A DNA stretch of 64,000 bases from Tubulanus polymorphus (Eukaryota > Animalia > Nemertea), in contig NC_134025.1 in assembly GCF_964204645.1 (NCBI RefSeq), forward strand, positions 2,046,001-2,110,000. Direction: 5' to 3'. Under the pieces are notes generated by a model that searched no databases, was not told the DNA's origin, and saw nothing but the letters and a program-made list of their open reading frames with translations. This document shows positions 1-15,124 of the stretch, in pieces. Positions within the stretch are counted from its first letter, which is position 1; each line of letters starts with the position of its first letter. Made by a program: the position numbers and the translations under genes.

Positions 1-102
1 CTGGCACAAACGCTGTAGAAATTGAAATAACCTTTATCAAGTCACAGGAAACAGGAAAACCAATATCAACGAAATTGGAACTATTTGCCTGCTATCATGG
101 AG
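1..102 (+). CDS. 5'-partial exon, C-terminal half of a discoidin/F5/8C-like domain
   Basis: GTNAVEIEITFIKSQETGKPISTKLELFACYHG, same 'ACF/Y' ending as exons 19668-19854 and 57655-57826; donor G|gtaaaa at 103, phase 1. Confidence 0.75.
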
Positions 103-193
103 GTAAAAATACACTTATTATTCCCCTTGGCTTAAACGCTAACCCTAATAAAAAACAATCATTTTCACAAAACTTATCAAATTTAATTCAAAG

Positions 194-3100
194 GCACACC
201 AAGAATCAGCACTACTACCATTGCACCAAGCACGCTATCGGCAACACAACCCCCAGTAACACCAGGTGTCACTCAACCACCGGTAACACCAGGAGTCACT
301 CAACCACCAGTTACACCAGGTGTCACTCAACCACCAGTTACACCTGGAGTCACTCAACCACCAGTAACACCAGGAGTCACTCAACCTCCAGTAACACCAG
401 GTGTCACTCAACCACCGGTAACACCAGGAGTCACTCAACCACCAGTAACACCAGGTGTCACTCAACCACCAGTTACACCTGGAGTCACTCAACCACCAGT
501 TACACCAGGAGTCACTAAACCACCAGTAACACCAGGCATCACTCAACCACCAGTCACACCAGGTGTCACTCAACCACCAGTAACACCAGGCGTCACTCAA
601 CCACCAGTCACACCAGGAGTCACTCAACCACCGGTAACACCAGGAGTCACACAACCACCAGTAACACCAAGAGTCACACAACCACCAGTAACACCAGGCG
701 TCACTCAACCACCAGTCACACCAGGAGTCACTCAACCACCAGTCACACCAGGTGTCACTCAACCACCAGTAACACCAGGCGTCACTCAACCACCAGTCAC
801 ACCAGGAGTCACTCAACCACCGGTAACACCAGGAGTCACACAACCACCAGTAACACCAGGAGTCACTCAACCACCAGTAACACCAGGAGTCACACAACCT
901 CCAGTAACACCAGGAGTCACTCAACCACCAGTTACACCAGGAGTCACTCAACCACCAGTAACACCAGGAGTCACCCAACCACCAGTAACACCAGGAGTCA
1001 CCCAACCTCCAGTAACACCAGGAGTCACCCAACCTCCAGTAACACCAGGTGTCACCCAACCTCCAGTTACACCAGGAGTCACTCAACCTCCAGTAACACC
1101 AGGAGTCACTCAACCTCCAGTAACACCAGGAGTCACCCAACCTCCAGTTACACCAGGTGTCACCCAACCTCCAGTTACACCAGGAGTCTCTCAACCACCA
1201 GTAACACCAGGAGTCACACAACCTCCAGTAACACCAGGAGTCACCCAACCTCCAGTTACACCAGGAGTCACTCAACCTCCAGTAACACCAGGCGTCACTC
1301 AACCACCAATTACACCAGGAGTCACTCAACCACCAGTAACACCAGGAGTCACCCAACCTCCAGTAACACCAGGAGTCACCCAACCTCCAGTAACACCAGG
1401 AGTCACCCAACCTCCAGTAACACCAGGTGTCACCCAACCACCAGTAACACCAGGAGTCACTAAACCACCAGTCACACCAGGAGTCACTCAACCACCAGTT
1501 ACACCTGGTGTCACTCAACCACCAGTAACACCTGGTGTCACTCAACCACCAGTAACACCAGGAGTCACTCAACCACCAGTCACACCTGGTGTCACTCAAC
1601 CACCAGTAACACCAGGAGTCACCCAACCACCAGTAACACCAGGAGTCACTCAACCTCCAGTAACACCAGGAGTCACTCAACCACCAGTAACACCAGGAGT
1701 CACTCAACCTCCAGTTACACCAGGCGTCACCCAACCTCCAGTAACACCAGGTGTCACTCAACCACCAGTAACACCAGGAGTCACTCAACCACCAGTTACA
1801 CCAGGAGTCACTCAACCACCAGTAACACCAGGAGTCACTCAACCACCAGTAACACCAGGAGTCACTCAACCTCCAGTAACACCAGGTGTCACTCAACCAC
1901 CAGTAACACCAGGTGTCACTCAACCACCAGTAACACCTGGTGTCACTCAACCACCAGTAACACCTGGAGTCACTCAACCACCAGTAACACCAGGTGTCAC
2001 TCAACCTCCAGTAACACCAGGTGTCACTCAACCAACAGTAACACCAGGTGTCACTCAACCACCAGTTACACCTGGAGTCACTCAACCACCAGTAACACCT
2101 GGTGTCACTCAACCACCAGTTACACCTGGAGTCACTCAACCTCCAGTAACACCAGGTGTCACTCAACCACCAGTTACACCAGGAGTCACTCAACCACCAG
2201 TTACACCAGGAGTCACTCAACCACCAGTAACACCAGGAGTCACTCAACCACCAGTAACACCAGGAGTCACTCAACCTCCAGTAACACCAGGAGTCACTCA
2301 ACCACCAGTAACACCAGGAGTCACTCAACCACCAGTAACACCAGGAGTCACCCAACCTCCAGTAACACCAGGAGTCACTCAACCACCAGTAACACCAGGA
2401 GTCACTCAACCACCAGTAACACCAGGAATCACTCAACCACCAGTAACACCAGGAGTCACTCAACCACCAGTAACACCGGGTGTCACTCAACCACCAGTAA
2501 CACCGGGTGTCACTCAACCACCAGTAACACCGGGTGTCACTCAACCACCAGTAACACCAGGAGTCACCCAACCTCCAGTAACACCGGGTGTCACTCAACC
2601 ACCAGTAACACCGGGAGTCACCCAACCTCCAGTAACACCGGGAGTCACTCAACCTCCAGTAACACCAGGTGTCACTCAACCACCAGTTACACCTGGAGTC
2701 ACTCAACCACCAGTAACACCAGGAGTCACTCAACCACCAGTAACACCAGGAATCACTCAACCACCAGTAACACCAGGAGTCACTCAACCACCAGTAACAC
2801 CGGGTGTCACTCAACCACCAGTAACACCAGGAGTCACCCAACCTCCAGTAACACCAGGTGTCACTCAACCACCAGTAACACCAGGAGTAACCCAACCTCC
2901 AGTAACACCAGGAGTCACCCAACCTCCAGTAACACCAGGAGTCACTCAACCTCCAGTAACACCAGGAGTCACTCAACCTCCAGTAACACCAGGAGTCACT
3001 CAACCACCAGTTACACCAGGAGTCACTAAACCACCAGTAACACCAGGTGTCACTCAACCACCAGTAACACCAGGAGTCACTCAACCACCAGTAACACCAG

Positions 3101-6100
3101 GAGTCACTCAACCACCAGTAACACCAGGAGTCACTCAACCACCAGTAACACCAGGAGTCACTCAACCACCAGTAACACCAGGAGTCACTCAACCACCAGT
3201 AACACCAGGAGTCACTCAACCACCAGTAACACCAGGAGTCACCCAACCTCCAGTAACACCAGGTGTCACTAAACCACCAGTAACACCAGGAGTCACTCAA
3301 CCACCAGTTACACCTGGAGTCACTCAACCACCGGTAACACCAGGTCTTACTCAACCACCAGTAACACCAGGCGTCACCCAACCTCCAGTAACACCAGGAG
3401 TCACTAGACCACCAGTTACACCTGGAGTCACTCAACCACCAGTCACACCAGGAGTCACTAGACCACCAGTAACACCAGGAGTCACTCAACCACCAGTTAC
3501 ACCAGGAGTCACTCAACCACCAGTAACACCAGGAGTCACTCAACCACCAGTTACACCTGGAGTCACTCAACCACCAGTAACACCAGGTCTTACTCAACCA
3601 CCGGTTACACCAGGCGTCACCCAACCTCCAGTAACACCAGGTGTCACTCAACCACCAGTTACACCTGGAGTCACTCAACCACCAGTCACACCCGGAGTCA
3701 CTCAACCACCAGTAACACCAGGAGTCACTCAACCACCAGTAACACCAGGAGTCACTCAACCACCAGTAACACCAGGAGTCACTCAACCACCAGTAACACC
3801 AGGAGTCACCCAACCTCCAGTAACACCAGGTGTCACTAAACCACCAGTAACACCAGGAGTCACTCAACCACCAGTTACACCTGGAGTCACTCAACCACCG
3901 GTAACACCAGGTCTTACTCAACCACCAGTTACACCAGGCGTCACCCAACCTCCAGTAACACCAGGAGTCACTAGACCACCAGTTACACCTGGAGTCACTC
4001 AACCACCAGTCACACCAGGAGTCACTCAACCACCAGTAACACCAGGAGTCACTCAACCACCAGTAACACCAGGAGTCACTCAACCACCAGTAACACCAGG
4101 AGTCACTCAACCACCAGTTACACCTGGAGTCACTCAACCACCAGTAACACCAGGTCTTACTCAACCACTGGTTACACCAGGCGTCACCCAACCTCCAGTA
4201 ACACCAGGTGTCACTCAACCACCTGTAACACCTGGAGTCACTCAACCACCAGTCACACCCGGAGTCACTCAACCACCAGTAACACCAGGAGTCACTCAAC
4301 CACCAGTAACACCAGGAGTCACTCAACCACCAGTAACACCAGGAGTCACTCAACCACCAGTAACACCAGGAGTCACCCAACCTCCAGTAACACCAGGTGT
4401 CACTAAACCACCAGTAACACCAGGAGTCACTCAACCACCAGTTACACCTGGAGTCACTCAACCACCGGTAACACCAGGCGTCACCCAACCTCCAGTAACA
4501 CCAGGAGTCACTCAACCACCAGTTACACCTGGAGTCACTCAACCACCAGTCACACCAGGAGTCACTCGACCACCAGTAACACCAGGAGTCACTCAACCAC
4601 CAGTAACACCAGGAGTCACTCAACCACCAGTAACACCAGGAGTCACTCAACCACCAGTAACACCAGGAGTCACTCAACCACCAGTAACACCAGGAGTCAC
4701 TCAACCACCAGTTACACCAGGTGTCACTCAACCACCAGTAACACCAGGAGTCACTCAACCACCAGTAACACCAGGAGTCACTCAACCACCAGTAACACCA
4801 GGAGTCACTCAACCACCAGTCACACCCGGAGTCACTCAACCACCAGTAACACCAGGAGTCACTCAACCACCAGTAACACCAGGAGTCACTCAACCACCGG
4901 TAACACCAGGTCTTACTCAACCACCAGTTACACCAGGCGTCACCCAACCTCCAGTAACACCAGGAGTCACTAGACCACCAGTTACACCTGGAGTCACTCA
5001 ACCACCAGTAACACCAGGTCTTACTCAACCACCGGTTACACCAGGCGTCACCCAACCTCCAGTAACACCAGGTGTCACTCAACCACCAGTTACACCTGGA
5101 GTCACTCAACCACCAGTCACACCAGGAGTCACTCAACCACCAGTTACACCTGGAGTCACTCAACCACCAGTAACACCAGGTCTTACTCAACCACCGGTTA
5201 CACCAGGTGTCACTCAACCACCAGTTACACCTGGAGTCACTCAACCACCAGTCACACCCGGAGTCACTCAACCACCAGTAACACCAGGTCTTACTCAACC
5301 ACCAGTTACACCAGGCGTCACCCAACCTCCAGTAACACCAGGTGTCACTCAACCACCAGTAACACCAGGAGTCACTCAACCACCTGTAACACCAGGAGTC
5401 ACTCAAACACCGGTAACACCAGGTCTTACTCAACCACCAGTTACACCAGTAGTCACTCAACCACCAGTAACACCAGGTCTTACTCAACCACCAGTTACAC
5501 CAGGAGTCACTCAACCACCAGTAACACCAGGTCTTACTCAACCACCGGTTACACCAGGCGTCACCCAACCTCCAGTAACACCAGGTGTCACTCAACCACC
5601 TGTAACACCTGGAGTCACTCAACCACCAGTCACACCCGGAGTCACTCAACCACCAGTAACACCAGGAGTCACTCAACCACCAGTAACACCAGGAGTCACT
5701 CAACCACCAGTAACACCAGGAGTCACTCAACCACCAGTAACACCAGGAGTCACCCAACCTCCAGTAACACCAGGTGTCACTAAACCACCAGTAACACCAG
5801 GAGTCACTCAACCACCAGTTACACCTGGAGTCACTCAACCACCGGTAACACCAGGCGTCACCCAACCTCCAGTAACACCAGGAGTCACTCAACCACCAGT
5901 TACACCTGGAGTCACTCAACCACCAGTCACACCAGGAGTCACTCGACCACCAGTAACACCAGGAGTCACTCAACCACCAGTAACACCAGGAGTCACTCAA
6001 CCACCAGTAACACCAGGAGTCACTCAACCACCAGTAACACCAGGAGTCACTCAACCACCAGTAACACCAGGAGTCACTCAACCACCAGTTACACCAGGTG

Positions 6101-9100
6101 TCACTCAACCACCAGTAACACCAGGAGTCACTCAACCACCAGTAACACCAGGAGTCACTCAACCACCAGTAACACCAGGAGTCACTCAACCACCAGTCAC
6201 ACCCGGAGTCACTCAACCACCAGTAACACCAGGAGTCACTCAACCACCAGTAACACCAGGAGTCACTCAACCACCGGTAACACCAGGTCTTACTCAACCA
6301 CCAGTTACACCAGGCGTCACCCAACCTCCAGTAACACCAGGAGTCACTAGACCACCAGTTACACCTGGAGTCACTCAACCACCAGTAACACCAGGTCTTA
6401 CTCAACCACCGGTTACACCAGGCGTCACCCAACCTCCAGTAACACCAGGTGTCACTCAACCACCAGTTACACCTGGAGTCACTCAACCACCAGTCACACC
6501 AGGAGTCACTCAACCACCAGTTACACCTGGAGTCACTCAACCACCAGTAACACCAGGTCTTACTCAACCACCGGTTACACCAGGTGTCACTCAACCACCA
6601 GTTACACCTGGAGTCACTCAACCACCAGTCACACCCGGAGTCACTCAACCACCAGTAACACCAGGTCTTACTCAACCACCAGTTACACCAGGCGTCACCC
6701 AACCTCCAGTAACACCAGGTGTCACTCAACCACCAGTAACACCAGGAGTCACTCAACCACCTGTAACACCAGGAGTCACTCAAACACCGGTAACACCAGG
6801 TCTTACTCAACCACCAGTTACACCAGTAGTCACTCAACCACCAGTAACACCAGGTCTTACTCAACCACCAGTTACACCAGGAGTCACTCAACCACCAGTA
6901 ACACCAGGAGTCACTCAACCACCGGTAACACCAGGAGTCACTCAAACACCGGTAACACCAGGAGTCACTCAACCACCGGTAACACCAGGAGTCACTCAAC
7001 CACCGGTAACACCAGGAGTCACTAAACCACCAGTAACACCAGGAGTCACTCAACCACCAGTTACACCTGGAGTCACTCAACCACCGGTAACACCAGGTGT
7101 CACTCAACCTCCAGTAACACCAGGTGTCACTCAACCACCAGTTACACCAGGTGTCACTCAACCACCAGTTACACCTGGAGTCACTCAACCACCAGTAACA
7201 CCAGGAGTCACTCAACCACCAGTAACACCAGGAGTCACTCAACCACCAGTAACACCAGGAGTCACTCAACCACCAGTCACACCCGGAGTCACTCAACCAC
7301 CAGTAACACCAGGAGTCACTCAACCACCAGTAACACCAGGAGTCACTCAACCACCGGTAACACCAGGTCTTACTCAACCACCAGTTACACCAGGCGTCAC
7401 CCAACCTCCAGTAACACCAGGAGTCACTAGACCACCAGTTACACCCGGAGTCACTCAACCACCAGTAACACCAGGAGTCACTCAACCACCAGTAACACCA
7501 GGAGTCACTCAACCACCAGTAACACCAGGAGTCACTCAACCCCCAGTAACACCAGGAGTCACTCAACCACCGGTAACACCAGGTGTCACTCAACCTCCAG
7601 TAACACCAGGTGTCACTCAACCACCAGTTACACCAGGTGTCACTCAACCACCAGTTACACCTGGAGTCACTCAACCACCAGTAACACCAGGAGTCACTCA
7701 ACCACCAGTAACACCAGGAGTCACTCAACCACCAGTAACACCAGGAGTCACTCAACCACCAGTCACACCCGGAGTCACTCAACCACCAGTAACACCAGGA
7801 GTCACTCAACCTCCAGTAACACCAGGTCTTACTCAACCACCGGTTACACCAGGCGTCACCCAACCTCCAGTAACACCAGGTGTCACTCAACCACCAGTTA
7901 CACCTGGAGTCACTCAACCACCAGTCACACCCGGAGTCACTCAACCACCAGTAACACCAGGAGTCACTCAACCACCAGTAACACCAGGAGTCACTCAACC
8001 ACCAGTAACACCAGGAGTCACTCAACCACCAGTAACACCAGGTGTCACTAAACCACCAGTAACACCAGGAGTCACTCAACCACCAGTTACACCTGGAGTC
8101 ACTCAACCACCAGTAACACCAGGTCTTACTCAACCACCGGTTACACCAGGCGTCACCCAACCTCCAGTAACACCAGGTGTCACTCAACCACCAGTTACAC
8201 CTGGAGTCACTCAACCACCAGTCACACCCGGAGTCACTCAACCACCAGTAACACCAGGAGTCACTCAACCACCAGTAACACCAGGAGTCACTCAACCACC
8301 AGTAACACCAGGAGTCACTCAACCACCAGTAACACCAGGTGTCACTAAACCACCAGTAACACCAGGAGTCACTCAACCACCAGTTACACCAGGAGTCACT
8401 CAACCACCGGTAACACCAGGTCTTACTCAACCACCAGTTACACCAGGTCTTACTCAACCACCAGTTACACCAGGCGTCACCCAACCTCCAGTAACACCAG
8501 GAGTCACTAGACCACCAGTTACACCTGGAGTCACTCAACCACCAGTCACACCAGGAGTCACTCAACCACCAGTCACACCCGGAGTCACTCAACCACCAGT
8601 AACACCAGGAGTCACTCAACCACCAGTAACACCAGGAGTCACTCAACCACCAGTTACACCTGGAGTCACTCAACCACCAGTAACACCAGGTCTTACTCAA
8701 CCACCGGTTACACCAGGCGTCACCCAACCTCCACTAACACCAGGTGTCACTCAACCACCAGTTACACCTGGAGTCACTCAACCACCAGTCACACCCGGAG
8801 TCACTCAACCACCAGTAACACCAGGAGTCACTCAACCACCAGTAACACCAGGAGTCACTCAACCACCAGTAACACCAGGAGTCACCCAACCTCCAGTAAC
8901 ACCAGGTGTCACTCAACCACCAGTAACACCAGGAGTCACTCAACCACCAGTAACACCAGGAGTCACTCAACCCCCAGTAACACCAGGAGTCACTCAACCA
9001 CCGGTAACACCAGGAGTCACTCAACCACCGGTAACACCAGGAGTCACTAAACCACCAGTAACACCAGGAGTCACTCAACCACCAGTTACACCTGGATTCA

Positions 9101-12100
9101 CTCAACCACCAGTAACACCAGCTCTTACTCAACCACCAGTTACACCAGGAGTCACCCAACCTCCAGTAACACCAGGTGTCACTCAACCACCAGTTACACC
9201 TGGAGTCACTCAACCACCAGTCACACCCGGAGTCACTCAACCACCAGTAACACCAGGAGTCACTCAACCTCCAGTAACACCAGGTGTCACTCAACCACCA
9301 GTAACACCAGGAGTCACTCAACCACCAGTAACACCAGGAGTCACTCAACCACCGGTAACACCAGGAGTCACTCAACCACCGGTCACACCAGGAGTCACTC
9401 AACCACCGGTAACACCAGGAGTCACTAAACCACCAGTAACACCAGGAGTCACTCAACCACCAGTTACACCTGGAGTCACTCAACCACCGGTAACACCAGG
9501 TGTCACTCAACCTCCAGTAACACCAGGTGTCACTCAACCACCAGTTACTCCAGGCGTCACTCAACCACCAGTTACACCTGGAGTCACTCAACCACCAGTA
9601 ACACCAGGAGTCACTCAACCACCAGTAACACCAGGAGTCACTCAACCACCAGTAACACCAGGAGTCACTCAACCACCAGTAACACCAGGAGTCACTCAAC
9701 CTCCAGTAACACCAGGTGTCACTCAACCACCAGTTACACCAGGTGTCACTCAACCACCAGTTACACCAGGAGTCACTCAACCACCGGTAACACCAGGAGT
9801 CACTCAACCACCGGTAACACCAGGTGTCACTCAACCACCAGTTACACCAGGTGTCACTCAACCACCAGTTACACCTGGAGTCACTCAACCACCAGTTACA
9901 CCTGGAGTCACTCAACCACCAGTCACACCAGGAGTCACTCAACCACCAGTAACACCAGGAGTCACTCAACCACCTGTAACACCTGGAGTCACTCAACCAC
10001 CAGTAACACCAGGAGTCACTCAACCACCAGTAACACCAGGAGTCACCCAACCTCCAGTAACACCAGGTGTCACTCAACCACCAGTAACACCAGGAGTCAC
10101 TCAACCACCAGTAACACCAGGAGTCACTCAACCACCAGTAACACCAGGAGTCTCTCAACCACCAGTAACACCAGGTGTCACTCAACCACCAGTAACACCA
10201 GGAGTCACCCAACCTCCAGTTACACCAGGTGTCACTCAACCTCCAGTAACACCAGGAGTCACTCAACCTCCAGTAACACCAGGTGTCACTCAACCACCAG
10301 TAACACCAGGAGTCACTCAACCACCAGTAACACCAGGAGTCACTCAACCACCAGTAACACCAGGAGTCACTCAACCACCAGTAACACCAGGAGTCACTCA
10401 ACCACCAGTAACACCAGGAGTGACTCAACCACCAGTAACACCAGGAGTCACTCAACCACCAGTTACACCAGGAGTCACTCAACCACCAGTAACACCAGGT
10501 GTCACTCAACCACCAGTAACACCAGGAGTCACTCAACCACCAGTAACACCAGGAGTCACTCAACCACCAGTAACACCAGGCGTCACTCAACCTCCAGTAA
10601 CACCAGGCGTCACTCATCCACCAGTTACACCTGGAGTCACTCAACCACCAGTAACACCAGGAGTCACTCAACCACCAGTAACACCAGGAGTCACTCAACC
10701 ACCAGTAACACCAGGAGTCACCCAACCTCCAGTAACACCAGGTGTCACTAAACCACCAGTAACACCAGGAGTCACTCAACCACCGGTTACACCTGGAGTC
10801 ACTCAACCACCGGTAACACCAGGTCTTACTCAACCACCGGTAACACCAGGTCTTACTCAACCACCAGTTACACCAGGAGTCACTCAACCACCAGTAACAC
10901 CAGGAGTCACTCAACCACCAGTAACACCAGGAGTCACTCAACCACCAGTAACACCAGGAGTCACCCAACCTCCAGTAACACCAGGTGTCACTAAACCACC
11001 AGTAACACCAGGAGTCACTCAACCACCAGTTACACCTGGAGTCACTCAACCACCGGTAACACCAGGTCTTACTCAACCACCAGTTACACCAGGCGTCACC
11101 CAACCTCCAGTAACACCAGGAGTCACTCAACCACCAGTTACACCTGGAGTCACTCAACCACCAGTCACACCAGGAGTCACTCAACCACCAGTAACACCAG
11201 GAGTCACTCAACCACCAGTAACACCAGGAGTCACCCAACCTCCAGTAACACCAGGTGTCACTCAACCACCAGTAACACCAGGAGTCACTCAACCACCAGT
11301 AACACCAGGAGTCACTCAACCACCAGTTACACCAGGAGTCACTAAACCACCAGTAACACCAGGTGTCACTCAACCACCAGTAACACCAGGAGTCACTCAA
11401 CCACCAGTTACACCTGGAGTCACTCAACCACCGGTAACACCAGGTCTTACTCAACCACCAGTTACACCAGGCGTCACCCAACCTCCAGTAACACCAGGAG
11501 TCACTCAACCACCAGTTACACCTGGAGTCACTCAACCACCAGTCACACCAGGAGTCACTCAACCACCAGTAACACCAGGAGTCACTCAACCACCAGTAAC
11601 ACCAGGAGTCACTCAACCACCAGTAACACCAGGAGTCACTCAACCACCAGTAACACCAGGAGTCACTCAACCACCAGTAACACCAGGAGTCACTCAACCA
11701 CCAGTTACACCAGGCGTCACTCAACCTCCAGTAACACCAGGAGTCACTCAACCACCAGTTACACCAGGAGTCACTCAACCACCAGTAACACCAGGAGTCA
11801 CTCAACCACCTGTAACACCAGGAGTCACTCAACCTCCATTAACACCAGGTGTCACTCAACCACCAGTTACACCAGGAGTTACTCAACCACCAGTAACACC
11901 AGGAGTCACTCAACCACCAGTAACACCAGGAGTCACACAACCTCCAGTAACACCAGGTGTCACTCAACCACCAGTTACACCTGGAGTCACTCAACCACCA
12001 GTAACACCAGGAGTCACTCAACCACCAGTAACACCAGAGGTCACTAAACCACCTGTAACACCAGGAGTCACTCAACCTCCATTAACACCAGGCGTCACTC

Positions 12101-13309
12101 AACCACCAGTAACACCAGGAGTCACCCAACCACCTGTAACACCAGGAGTCACTCAACCACCAGTAACACCAGGAGTCACCCAACCTCCAGTAACACCAGG
12201 AGTCACTCAACCACCAGTAACACCAGGCGTCACTCAACCACCAGTCACACCTGGCGTTACTGTACCGTCAGTTACACCAGGAGTCACTCAACCACCTGTA
12301 ACACCAGGAGTCACCCAACCTCCAGTAACACCAGGAGTCACTCAACCACCAGTAACACCAGGAGTCACTCAACCACCAGTTACACCAGGAGTCACTCAAC
12401 CACCAGTAACACCAGGCGTCACTCAACCACCAGTAACACCAGGAGTCACTCAACCACCAGTAACACCAGGTGTCACTCAACCACCAGTAACACCAGGCGT
12501 CACTCAACCACCAGTAACACCAGGAGTCACCCAACCTCCAGTAACACCAGGAGTCACCCAACCACCAGTAACACCAGGCGTCACTCAACCACCAGTCACA
12601 CCTGGCGTTACTGTACCGTCAGTTACACCAGGAGTCACTCAACCACCTGTAACACCAGGAGTCACCCAACCTCCAGTAACACCAGGCGTCACTCAACCAC
12701 CAGTAACACCAGGAGTCACCCAACCTCCAGTAACACCAGGAGTCACCCAACCTCCAGTAACACCAGGAGTCACTCAACCACCAGTCACACCTGGCGTTAC
12801 TGTACCGTCAGTTACACCAGGCGTCACTCAACCACCAGTTACACCAGGTGTCACCCAACCACCAGTAACACCAGGAGTCACTCAACCACCAGTAACACCA
12901 GGAGTCACCCAACCTCCAGTAACACCAGGAGTCACTCAACCACCAGTAACACCAGGAGTCACTCAACCACCAGTTACACCAGGAGTCACTCAACCACCAG
13001 TAACACCAGGCGTCACTCAACCACCAGTAACACCAGGAGTCACTCAACCACCAGTAACACCAGGTGTCACTCAACCACCAGTAACACCAGGCGTCACTCA
13101 ACCACCAGTAACACCAGGAGTCACCCAACCTCCAGTAACACCAGGAGTCACCCAACCTCCAGTAACACCAGGAGTCACTCAACCACCAGTTACACCAGGA
13201 GTCACTCAACTAGTAACTCCAGGAGTCACCGAGCCTACTCGTATACCATTTAGCAGCACTGCCAAAATCACTCTTTCTACGACACCTATCCAAACATCTC
13301 CTGCACCAG
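194..13309 (+). CDS. Giant mucin PTS exon 1 (13,116 nt, ~480 x TQPPVTPGV)
   Basis: Acceptor ttcaaag|GC at 194, donor CCAG|gtatct at 13310; phase 1-1, length divisible by 3; same frame as track ORF 10420-13317. Confidence 0.85.
244..13230 (+). repeat. Coding minisatellite, 27-bp unit (consensus ACTCAACCACCAGTAACACCAGGAGTC)
   Basis: Directly visible tandem array; variation mostly at third codon positions. Confidence 0.97.
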
Positions 13310-14106
13310 GTATCTAATAAGATTTTTTTCTAATGTACCCTCTCGATTTATTCTCGCGTTGCAATGTTTGTTGTAGTTAGATCAGTTTATGACGATTAAT
13401 TAATTGTTAAGTCAATCATATAAACTCATGCATGCATTCATTTCGTCTGCGTTTTGCTGAAGCGTTTGTTTTAGAAGAAGCATGCGTCTTATACATCTAT
13501 GTATCTATGCGCGCTGCAATATTTGCGTTTTGAAGCCGTTCGCATTGCGTTTTTGTCCGGATGATGTCAAATAATCCTGCATATGAAATTGATTTATGCG
13601 CATCAGCGACTGCGACATTCAGTAGGCGCTACCTACTGGTAAGTGTTGTTTTAGCATGAATAACTGATTTTCATTGTATTTACTGTATTAATCAAGTGGT
13701 CCGATGTATTCTGATTTTATAACAATATTATCCCTTGTTGATTTTGGAAGGTTTTGAAAAATGACTTTGGTGAAAATTTCTCATTAATTTCATGAAAATC
13801 TTTCCTTCACCGAAATATTTCACGTGTCATGAGTGGTTTCTACGGTTATGAGTTAGGTTCAATTCAAAGAGTCGCAAATACTCCATTATTTTCAAATTTG
13901 ATTGAACAGTGAATATCTACACTTTTGGCTTTAGAGTTTTTTCACTTTATCGACCAAAAAGAATTTAGTTGTACGTAGTTGTCTTTATGTTTTCAAATCA
14001 CGGCCTCAATTATCAACTTTCTATTCTTTCATTGTTTTGGATATTTTATTTTGAATTATGGATTCATAAAAGAATTTAACGCATACTTTTCGTTTCCTTA
14101 CTGTAG

Positions 14107-14453
14107 GTACTTCAATGTCAACGACCTTACTCCCAACTACAACCGAACCTGAGTGTCAAAATCTTGAGAAACTCGTTTATAAAACAAGTTCTCAATGGAC
14201 GATCACTAGTTCTAGTGACCAGAAAAACCATCTTAAACTTCTTAGCGGCGGTGAAGGTCTATTACAGTTTTCAACTAATGATTGGAAAAACAATGGAAAA
14301 GATAACCACGCGTTTGTAATTTTCGAGGTTAGCTCTGCAAAATATCCCGACTTCGTCACCATCAAACACGTTGAATTTGCCACGATGTTCGCTCAGACGT
14401 TTTTCATATTGATATCGAAAGATGGAACTAATTGGACGCAACGATCAAAATTG
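14107..14453 (+). CDS. Exon: Thr-rich linker + N-terminal half of F5/8C-like domain (diverged cassette copy 0)
   Basis: tgtag|GT...TTG|gtaagc; C...WTITSSS and QTFFILISKDGTNW resemble discoidin 'I-ASS' and 'S-DG--W' motifs. Confidence 0.8.
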
Positions 14454-14590
14454 GTAAGCAACGGTTCAGTCGATGTATTTCATCCAGTTCTGAAAGATGT
14501 GAAATTAATTCATTAGATGTATTCCCGATATCGAATATTCGGTTTGATATTTCTTTTTGAATGCGAATAATAAATGTAATGTAATTTCAG

Positions 14591-14791
14591 GTGATACCAG
14601 CGGATGAATATCGAACAGTGCACGCTGTGACCATCGATTTTGTTGGGATAGGTTATGCGGGAAGATTTTTGAAGATCAAAGCTGAAGGCAACCCTAACCT
14701 GTTACCTCCTCTGATCGCTATGGCGGGTGTGACTGCGTGTTTCGAGCCAGTATCTATCACAAAACCACCTCCACCAACAACAACAACTAAG
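14591..14791 (+). CDS. Exon: C-terminal half of F5/8C-like domain
   Basis: ttcag|GTG...AAG|gtaaga; GRFLKI...VTACFE. Confidence 0.8.
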
Positions 14792-14869
14792 GTAAGAGAT
14801 ACTCTCATATCTTTTAACGAACTTTTAATCTCCTTTGGATCTGTATTTTCACTTTGTTCGAAAACATAG

Positions 14870-14981
14870 CCGACGTGCAACCCAGAACAAATAACATGCG
14901 GCGACGGTGTTAATTGTGGATACCTTTGCAATGGTGTAATTGAATGCGCAGATGGTTCCGACGAAAGAAACTGCGTCACAC
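14870..14981 (+). CDS. Exon: LDL-receptor class A module
   Basis: catag|CCG...C|gtaagt; PTCNPEQITCGDGVNCGYLCNGVIECADGSDERNC. Confidence 0.85.
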
Positions 14982-15124
14982 GTAAGTTTTAGATAGACTG
15001 CGCAGCAAATAGATAAAGTTGATGATGATGAGTAATTTTGTTAACGGTACCGATTTCAGAAATGCCGTCAATCGTGGTGATAGACAATACACGTAATAAA
15101 TTTGAATAACTTCACATTTTCTAG

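Noticed and set aside
13607-13644. Possible microexon ending at a good donor CTG|gtaagt (13638/13639)
   Set aside because: The nearby AG acceptors give 32, 16 or 13 nt, none compatible with the flanking phase-1 junctions.
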